From IMG/VR virus record IMGVR_UViG_3300049740_000832: a stretch of 64,000 nucleotides of DNA. The stretch is one strand, 5' to 3'. A program made the translations under genes and the position numbers. The stretch comes from a virus. Each line of letters begins with the position of its first letter. Positions within the stretch are counted from its first letter, which is position 1. Below are positions 57,202 to 64,000 of this stretch, one piece after another. The notes under the pieces were generated by a model, which was given only the letters and a program-made list of their open reading frames with translations, did not search any database and was not told where the DNA came from.

Positions 57202-57874
57202 TCATCAACCTACACAACTCAATGAAATGGAATCGGTCACCACGGAGAAGGGTCGCAAGTATAAGACCCCCGAAGGGATTGACCTTCCGTCTATTACTAC
57301 TGTCCTGTCTATTCTTTCGCGGGATAGTATCGCCGCATGGCGTAAACGGGTTGGTGAGGAAGAAGCAAATCGTATCTCCCACCGTGCATCGTCACGGGGA
57401 ACAAAGGTTCATGAAATCATCGAGAAGTATGTTGACAACGATGAAAATTACAAAGAGGGTTATACCCCCGATGTGATTGAGTCGTTTCTTATTATGAAAC
57501 CAATTCTCGATGGTTTTATCGGCACAGTCTACGCACAGGAAGCACCTCTCTATTCAACTCACTTAGGCGTTGCTGGTCGCGTAGACTGTGTTGCCGAATT
57601 CGATGGACAACTATCTATCATCGACTTTAAGACCAGTCGCAAAAAGAAAAAGAAAGACTGGGTGAAGAATTATTTCATGCAAGAGGCTGCATATGCGGTC
57701 ATGTGGGAAGAACGCACGGGACAACCTATCACCCAACTCGTTACACTTATCAGTGTTGACGGTGAAGACAAACCACAAATCTTTGTCGAACATCGAGACA
57801 ATTGGATTAATTCTTTGCGTGATACCATCAAAAAGTATAATGAAGAACAAGATTCGACTTCCATTTTATTATAA
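57194..57874 (+). CDS. PD-(D/E)XK exonuclease (T4-like marine exonuclease)
   Basis: PSITTVL, RGT.VH, AGRVDC, IIDFKTS, QEAAYA. Confidence 0.88.
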   Translation: MFNHQPTQLNEMESVTTEKGRKYKTPEGIDLPSITTVLSILSRDSIAAWRKRVGEEEANRISHRASSRGTKVHEIIEKYVDNDENYKEGYTPDVIESFLIMKPILDGFIGTVYAQEAPLYSTHLGVAGRVDCVAEFDGQLSIIDFKTSRKKKKKDWVKNYFMQEAAYAVMWEERTGQPITQLVTLISVDGEDKPQIFVEHRDNWINSLRDTIKKYNEEQDSTSILL

Positions 57875-57877
57875 ATA
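57870..57877 (+). promoter_or_regulatory. Late promoter TATAAATA
   Basis: Exact consensus upstream of the 57912 cluster. Confidence 0.8.
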
Positions 57878-57911
57878 GTGGTATAATACTATTTGTGTAA
57901 ATAGGAAATCG

Positions 57912-58979
57912 ATGCAAAAGTTTGACAATTTCATTACAGAAGCACTGAAGGCTGAGGACTATGAGGCAGCGATTGTCATGGGGTTCTATGAACTCACTGG
58001 CAAACCGATGACTAGTGCAGACCACGGCATCTCTGATAAAGTTTTCAAAGCAATTCAAGAAAACCCTCAAGCACAAGAGGCGGGTCGTAAGATTGCTCAA
58101 TCAGTTCTAAATAAGTATCCAAAACTCAAGAAGGGAAAGGCAGAACAGTATGGTCGTGCGAAAGCATCTCTAACTTCTTTTTGGAAATCTTATGGTGCAA
58201 GTGATATTACACCCAAAACAGATGTTCTCATAGGTGATATGAGATTCTCTGTTAAAATTGGTCTGGCACAATTGATGTCGGGTGGTAAATCAGAGTCAAC
58301 TGCAACATTCGAAGCCGCCATCAAAAATTCTAATCCAGACCTTGTAAAATCTCCACAATATGAAAAAACCACCGAAGTTCTTGAAGGGTTTGTAAAAAAT
58401 ACTCTTGCACCATCTCAACTAAGACCGATAATCAAAGCAGGAACGAATGAAGTAGTCAATCGTGCAGAGAAGGCGCATAAGGATGCAATGTCAGAACTAG
58501 GTGCGATGTTTGATGAATCCAAATCTTTCAAAGTTGAATTTGCACGAGAGGCGATGTCTGGGTTTGAAAAGTTTGGTGAAAACTCTAATGCGGCCGCAGA
58601 GTTTATGTTGGTTGCATCGGCTGACGGCGATAAGGTTGTTATTCATTCTGTTTATGATGATGACTATTGTCTCAAAATTGCGAATGCAATGAAATTGCAG
58701 GCGAGGTTCAAAACCTCATCTCGTAAGATAAAGGGAAAGAAAACTGGTGAGTATAATTTCTGGTCAGTGATATCCTTAATTGTAGATTCGATGCAAGAGG
58801 GTTATGAACATGACCAAGAAGAACTTTTGATAGAAGTATCCATTATGAGAAAAATTGGTAACTTTGTGAGAGGGACTTGGAGTAAGGTCTCATCATATTT
58901 CAAGAAAGGTGCGAGTAAACTCTATAAGTTTCTCGGCGCAACCCCAATAATTTCAACAAAGAAAAATATTAGGTTTTAG
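57912..58979 (+). CDS. Hypothetical late protein, possible PD-(D/E)XK fold
   Basis: Leader MQKFDNFITE-A; PKTD....FSVK motif. Confidence 0.55.
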   Translation: MQKFDNFITEALKAEDYEAAIVMGFYELTGKPMTSADHGISDKVFKAIQENPQAQEAGRKIAQSVLNKYPKLKKGKAEQYGRAKASLTSFWKSYGASDITPKTDVLIGDMRFSVKIGLAQLMSGGKSESTATFEAAIKNSNPDLVKSPQYEKTTEVLEGFVKNTLAPSQLRPIIKAGTNEVVNRAEKAHKDAMSELGAMFDESKSFKVEFAREAMSGFEKFGENSNAAAEFMLVASADGDKVVIHSVYDDDYCLKIANAMKLQARFKTSSRKIKGKKTGEYNFWSVISLIVDSMQEGYEHDQEELLIEVSIMRKIGNFVRGTWSKVSSYFKKGASKLYKFLGATPIISTKKNIRF

Positions 58980-58981
58980 TA

Positions 58982-60214
58982 ATGACAACGATACTTCATA
59001 TCCCAGATTTTCTTTACGAACAAAAGAATACTCACATGACTCATATTGAGGACAAGGTTCTCTATGGTGGTGTGAACGGGACTCGTCAGGCAATCAATGC
59101 ATTGCGTGAACTTCGTGACATGCTTGCGGGTGAGACTAGTTCCAAACTGTCGGTCAAGTGGGACGGTGCGCCTGCAATCTTCTGTGGTCAAGACCCACGC
59201 GATGGTGAGTTCTTTGTTGCGAAGAAAGGTATCTTTGCCAAGAACCCGAAGGTTTACAAGACTAATGACGAGATTGACGCAGACATGTCAGGCGACCTTG
59301 CAGATAAGATGAAAGCCGCACTACGTTACCTTCCTGAACTGGGCATCAAAGGTGTCATTCAGGGAGACTTCTTGTTCTCAAAAGGAGACTTAAAGAATGA
59401 AGATATTGAGGGTCAACGCTATACAACCTTCCACCCCAACACAATCATATACGCAATCCCATACGAACAGGCAGAAGCAGTTCGCAAAGCGCAAATCGGA
59501 ATCGTCTGGCACACAACCTACAACGGAAAAGACTTTGAAAGCATGAAGGCATCCTACGGTGTCGATGTATCGAAGTTCAAGTCTTCAAAGAACGTATACT
59601 CTGCTGATGCGATGTTACGCGAAACTGGTGGTGCGACAATGAATGCAAAAGAGACTGCCGCTGTCACTAAACACCTATCAGATGCGGGTAAGATATTCAA
59701 TAAGATTTCTGGTTCGACTTTGCGTGAGTTAGAAGGTAATCCAGACCTTGCACAACTCATCGAACAATATAACAATACATATGTGCGTGAAGGACAGATG
59801 ATTCCAAACAGTCGTAGTCATGTGACGGGTCTTATTAGATGGATTAATACAAAGTTCAAAGCAGAGATGGACAAGCGTAAATCAGAGAAGGGACGCATGG
59901 TTCAACAGGCAAAGTTGGACGAAATCATGAAGTTCTTCTCCACAAAAAACAAAAAGTCGCTGATAAACATGTTTGAACTACAGAAAAATATTGTATTAGC
60001 AAAACTAAAACTTATAAATAAACTTAATAGTATTGCAAAGTATGATGCATTTGTGCAAACTAAAAAAGGATACAAGGTTCGCACCGGCGCAGAAGGTTTT
60101 GTCGCTATTGATAAATTAGGTGGTGATGCGGTCAAGTTGGTTGACCGCCTTGAGTTTTCGTATAACAACTTCAGTCCAGATATACTGAAGGGATGGGAAA
60201 AACCAAAGAGGTAG
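58982..60214 (+). CDS. Conserved T4-like protein (DUF6267-like)
   Basis: KNTHMTHIED, SVKWDGAPA, QGD, EGFV, KLVDRLEFS..NF (ligase-like KxDG motif). Confidence 0.7.
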   Translation: MTTILHIPDFLYEQKNTHMTHIEDKVLYGGVNGTRQAINALRELRDMLAGETSSKLSVKWDGAPAIFCGQDPRDGEFFVAKKGIFAKNPKVYKTNDEIDADMSGDLADKMKAALRYLPELGIKGVIQGDFLFSKGDLKNEDIEGQRYTTFHPNTIIYAIPYEQAEAVRKAQIGIVWHTTYNGKDFESMKASYGVDVSKFKSSKNVYSADAMLRETGGATMNAKETAAVTKHLSDAGKIFNKISGSTLRELEGNPDLAQLIEQYNNTYVREGQMIPNSRSHVTGLIRWINTKFKAEMDKRKSEKGRMVQQAKLDEIMKFFSTKNKKSLINMFELQKNIVLAKLKLINKLNSIAKYDAFVQTKKGYKVRTGAEGFVAIDKLGGDAVKLVDRLEFSYNNFSPDILKGWEKPKR

Positions 60215-60218
60215 TAAG

Positions 60219-60665
60219 ATGGCTAAACCAATGAGCCTGAAAACATTTTTGAATGTGGACTACACCCAAACGGGTGATGAGTTCCAAGCAACCAACGCGA
60301 AGAAAAGAAAACGCGATTCTGGTGAAGGCACTCACGAAGCACTCAGTATGCAACAACGCCTAAAACTCGCGCGCTCTCTCAAGAAAAATAAAGCAAAAAT
60401 TGCAATGGGTCGCAAACGTGCTGCCCGTAAAGTTGCATCTACTGATAAATTGAAAACAAGAGCGCAGAAACAAGCACGAAATACCTTCCTCAAGAAAATG
60501 ACTAAAGGTGTTGAAAAAGGTGAACTCTCAATGGCTCGTAGACAGGGACTTGAGAAACGCCTAGATAAACTGAAACCAAAGATTGATAAACTAGCGAGAA
60601 AACTTCTTCCGAAGGTTCGTAAAGCAGAAATCGCGAAGAAACGAGGAAATCAACAAAGTGATTAA
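60219..60665 (+). CDS. Highly basic hypothetical protein
   Basis: K/R-rich after THE-A; an internal TATAAATA lies at 60013. Confidence 0.7.
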   Translation: MAKPMSLKTFLNVDYTQTGDEFQATNAKKRKRDSGEGTHEALSMQQRLKLARSLKKNKAKIAMGRKRAARKVASTDKLKTRAQKQARNTFLKKMTKGVEKGELSMARRQGLEKRLDKLKPKIDKLARKLLPKVRKAEIAKKRGNQQSD

Positions 60666-62175
60666 GAATTTCCAACAATACTTGGTCGAAGAAGAACGTG
60701 AGGTATTTTTCACGTTTGGTCGGATGAATCCGCCAACGATTGGTCATGGCAAAGTTATTGACACTATTGTCAAGAAGTCAAAGGGGTCTGACTATAAAAT
60801 CTTTTTGTCCCAATCACAGGGCGCAAAAGACCCACTGTCGTATTCTGACAAAGTAAAACATATGCGTAAGATGTTCCCAAAACATGGTCGTAACATCATC
60901 GTAGATAAAAAAGTAAAGAATGTATTTGATGTCGCTTCTAAACTGTATGACATGGGTTACAAGAAAATCACGATGGTGGTCGGTGAAGACCGTTTGCGTG
61001 AGTTCGATGTCCTGTTGAATAAATACAACGGTAAGAAAGCAAAACACGGTTTCTATAACTTCGAATCAATCAATATCGTATCTGCGGGTCAACGCGACCC
61101 TGACGCAGAAGGTGTAGAGGGAATGTCTGCATCTAAACAACGTGCAAACGCAAAGGAAAATGACTATCAATCATTTAGTCAAGGTGTCCCGTCAAGTATG
61201 TCAGACCGCGACACTCGCAAACTCTTCAACGATGTTCGCACGGGATTGGGACTAAAAGAAGAACGCTCCTTCAAACGACACATTGACTTGGGTAAACTGG
61301 ATGACACTCGCGAGGCATATGTCGAAGGTAAACTATTTGAATTGGGTGACACTGTTGTTATCAAAGAAAGTGATGAAGTCGGTATCATATCTGTTCTGGG
61401 TGCGAACTATGTCATCGTTGAATGTGGTAATAAGAGACTCCGTAAATGGTTGAATGCAATAGAACTGGTCGAGAAGAAATCACGCCAAGACACAGAGATT
61501 GGTAAGGATGTCAAGGGGACGCAACCCGCAAAGTATTATGCGAAGGATGCTGAAGGCGATGACATGTCAAAGTCAACCAAGAAGAAACGTGCCGCACATT
61601 TCAAGAAAGGTGCTGCAAAAGACGATGATGACCCGTCTGCATACAAACCAGCGCCAGGTGACAAGGATGCAAAGACGAAACCGTCTAAGTATACCAAAGC
61701 ATTCAAGGACATGTATGAAGAGTCAGAACTTGACGAAAGAGTATTTGGTAAGACTGGCCCATTTGGTGGTAAGGGTGGTTCAATAGTTTTACTCCCTGAT
61801 TTGGATAAGAAACTTGACCAAATTATTAACAAAAAAGACTACAGGGATGCGGTTCGTGCGTATCTAAACTTTAGAAGAAAAAACAAATCTGACCCTAAAA
61901 AACAGGGTAGGAGTAGAGAGAATATTGCATTTGACTTTTTCAAAAGTTATGGATTGAGTAGTCCTAGACAAATGATTAAGTATATTGATGGTCTTGTTCA
62001 GAAGGGTAAACTGCCGAAACAATTAGCGATTGCAGAAGTAAGTGAAGACGCAGTAAAACAGGCGAAAGACCGTATCAAATCAGAGAAAGAACGTGATAAA
62101 CAAAAACACGATACCATGTTAGACCGTGCAAGAATCGCACGAGCAAAAGCAAAAAACAAGGCGACAAGACCATGA
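60658..62175 (+). CDS. Cytidylyltransferase-like (HxGH) protein with extra C-terminal modules
   Basis: FTFGRMNPPTIGH, VVGEDR, SAG.RDPD, MSASK.R. Confidence 0.8.
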   Translation: MIKNFQQYLVEEEREVFFTFGRMNPPTIGHGKVIDTIVKKSKGSDYKIFLSQSQGAKDPLSYSDKVKHMRKMFPKHGRNIIVDKKVKNVFDVASKLYDMGYKKITMVVGEDRLREFDVLLNKYNGKKAKHGFYNFESINIVSAGQRDPDAEGVEGMSASKQRANAKENDYQSFSQGVPSSMSDRDTRKLFNDVRTGLGLKEERSFKRHIDLGKLDDTREAYVEGKLFELGDTVVIKESDEVGIISVLGANYVIVECGNKRLRKWLNAIELVEKKSRQDTEIGKDVKGTQPAKYYAKDAEGDDMSKSTKKKRAAHFKKGAAKDDDDPSAYKPAPGDKDAKTKPSKYTKAFKDMYEESELDERVFGKTGPFGGKGGSIVLLPDLDKKLDQIINKKDYRDAVRAYLNFRRKNKSDPKKQGRSRENIAFDFFKSYGLSSPRQMIKYIDGLVQKGKLPKQLAIAEVSEDAVKQAKDRIKSEKERDKQKHDTMLDRARIARAKAKNKATRP

Positions 62176-62405
62176 ACAGTTTCACTCAATTCATCACTGA
62201 GGCAGATAAAGCACTCACAAAGAAAGCAGAGAAGTCTGGTATCTCATATGGCACACTGAAGAAGGTCTATGACCGTGGTGTTGCCGCATGGAGAACTGGA
62301 CACAGGCCAGGCACCACTCCATCACAGTGGGGATATGCACGGGTCAATGCTTTTATCGTTAAAAAGAAAAAGGGTGGGTTGAACCACGATAAGGATTTAG
62401 CATAA
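62172..62405 (+). CDS. Conserved small protein (VYDRG.AAW.TGHRPG...WG.ARVN.F)
   Basis: Leader MNSFTQFITE-A. Confidence 0.75.
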   Translation: MNSFTQFITEADKALTKKAEKSGISYGTLKKVYDRGVAAWRTGHRPGTTPSQWGYARVNAFIVKKKKGGLNHDKDLA

Positions 62406-63640
62406 TGTCACTCTGGGATAATATCAACAAGAAGAGACAACGAATCAAACAGGGTTCGGGTGAGAAGATGAGAAAAAAAGGTGACAAGGGCGCACCGACT
62501 CCAGACCAAATAAAAAGAGCAAAAGGCGAAGAGATGGAAGAAGGTAAAATGAAACAGGCGATGATGCGCCGACAAGACATGGCGAAACTTGCGAGTCTGT
62601 ATTCCAAAGCAATGAAAGCAATGCCAGGTTCACCCGCACAGAAAAAAATAAAAGCACAAATTGACCAGTATCGTAAGGAGTTAGGTATGAACGAATCTAC
62701 AGAATCTCTAGAAGAAGCCACCGATTTATACAATAAAGGCGGTATACAAATAGTAAGGTTTGCGGCTGGTAAAGGAAAACTAGGAGTTGAGATAACTGTC
62801 AAAAAAGGCACAAGCGCAAGCGAAATTGGTGGCCAAATTATCTTATCTGATGCTCAGTTCAAAAATCTTCAAAGAGCATTACCTAAAATCAAACTTAAAC
62901 AAGGTTTAGGTGAAGCAGTCTCTCCTGCTCAACAAGCTGCGATTGCAATCTCAAAGAAAGAACGTGGTGAGAAACCAAAGAACGAATGTGCATCTGAAGA
63001 TGATTTCAAACCGCATATGATGTATGACCCAAAGACGGGTAAAGGTTACATGGCAAAGAAGTATGAAGACCATGTTCGTATGGACAAGATGGGTTACACT
63101 CACGAGAAACCAGAAGTCAAAGAAGGTAAAGATGACCTCTTCCAAGTAAATGTCAAAGGTGAAGGTGGTGCAACTGTCAGAGCAACAAGTGAAAAAGATG
63201 CAATCAACAAGGCATTTAGAAAACTTGGTATAGCAACAAGGTTTACTCGTGATAGACGATTCATGACCAAAGTTCAAGTTGTCCCTGCTGAGTCTGTCGA
63301 AGAAGTCAAGGAGTCTCGCGCATATCGTGATGCCATGCGTAATATGAGCGCTCGCGGTGCAACCAAAGGTATGGCACGAACTAAAAAAGATAGAGATATC
63401 GAAGCAACCGATGATGACCGTAAGGCAGCATCAAAGAATATTATTATGCAGTTGCGTAAAGCGGCTGATTTACCAACAGGAGCAAACATTGAATTTGACA
63501 GAGGAAAAGGAAAAGTTACTCGCGACCAAGCGAAAACGGCACTGGCGCGTTTTAATGCATTATCAAAACCAAATGAAAAAGAGAAATTCCAAAAGAGCAT
63601 CAAATCTCTTGCAGACATCAAAAAACTTTTAGGTAGGTAA
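62405..63640 (+). CDS. Modular basic protein with repeated (L/V/M)xE sites (putative internal-head polyprotein)
   Basis: Modules delimited by MEE-G, LEE-A, LGE-A, VKE-G, VKE-S. Confidence 0.6.
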   Translation: MSLWDNINKKRQRIKQGSGEKMRKKGDKGAPTPDQIKRAKGEEMEEGKMKQAMMRRQDMAKLASLYSKAMKAMPGSPAQKKIKAQIDQYRKELGMNESTESLEEATDLYNKGGIQIVRFAAGKGKLGVEITVKKGTSASEIGGQIILSDAQFKNLQRALPKIKLKQGLGEAVSPAQQAAIAISKKERGEKPKNECASEDDFKPHMMYDPKTGKGYMAKKYEDHVRMDKMGYTHEKPEVKEGKDDLFQVNVKGEGGATVRATSEKDAINKAFRKLGIATRFTRDRRFMTKVQVVPAESVEEVKESRAYRDAMRNMSARGATKGMARTKKDRDIEATDDDRKAASKNIIMQLRKAADLPTGANIEFDRGKGKVTRDQAKTALARFNALSKPNEKEKFQKSIKSLADIKKLLGR

Positions 63641-64000
63641 ATGCAAAGATTCACAGAACACACAGATTGTGGAACTGACGAGTGTTGTGGGACTTGTTCG
63701 TCTCTTATTGAAAACAACATTTTTCGGGTCGGGTCAGAAAAGTATTATGAATACTTCCGTGAAGCACGGGAACAATACTATGCGGGTAATCTCGAACTGG
63801 ATGCCGCAGATGTAGATATCATGGAGTCTAACTTAGGTGAGTTTGCACAATGGCGTGGTGAACACGTTGCACTAGACTGCATCTTTGAAGAAGACAAACA
63901 AGATGTGCCTCTGAATCAACCGAAGAGAGGTGGGCCGAAAAAATACTATGTATATGTTCGTGACCCTTCAACTGGTAATGTTAAGAAAGTATCATGGGGT
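63641..64000 (+). CDS. Conserved T4-like protein, 3' truncated by window
   Basis: MQRFTEHTDCGTDECCGTC...KKYYVYVRDPSTGNVKKVSWG; open to the window end. Confidence 0.7.
   Translation, partial: MQRFTEHTDCGTDECCGTCSSLIENNIFRVGSEKYYEYFREAREQYYAGNLELDAADVDIMESNLGEFAQWRGEHVALDCIFEEDKQDVPLNQPKRGGPKKYYVYVRDPSTGNVKKVSWG

Noticed and set aside
57194-57874. Cas4 / CRISPR association
   Set aside because: No Fe-S cysteine cluster and no repeat-spacer array seen anywhere in the window.
1-64000. Alternative genetic code / stop-codon reassignment
   Set aside because: Core genes are full length under the standard code and use TAA, TAG and TGA as stops; no suppressor tRNA was seen.

Overview
This is 64 kb of a T4-like (marine-type) myovirus genome, coded almost entirely on the + strand. 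The order is: tail-fibre end; the gp13-gp23 neck/terminase/tail/head block; an early accessory island with a tRNA; gp3-uvsY-uvsW; the gp55-47-46-45-44-62-regA-hsp20-gp43-uvsX-gp41 replication block, interleaved with accessory enzymes (B12-radical SAM, many 2OG-Fe(II)/cupin oxygenases, a glycosyltransferase, Ugd, an epimerase, an AEP primase, ThyX, dCMP deaminase); an accessory region; and a late cluster of probable internal-head proteins. Several RNA features suggest an alphaproteobacterial host (inference): a permuted two-piece tmRNA with an ANDN...ALAA tag, a ROSE-like thermometer on hsp20, and a cuckoo-like anti-SD RNA. A pseudoazurin gene points the same way. The most notable items are: (1) a late-promoter operon coupling CsgF/CsgG curli secretion and a curlin-like protein to a FecR protein and an intact CHASE2 adenylate cyclase; (2) a two-hairpin RNA whose loops mimic the 16S anti-Shine-Dalgarno tail; (3) a tRNA-Gly with the very rare ACC anticodon; (4) the two-piece tmRNA; (5) a DUF4338/DruA-like plus PD-(D/E)XK nuclease pair. 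All family calls come from motif recognition by eye; no searches were run.
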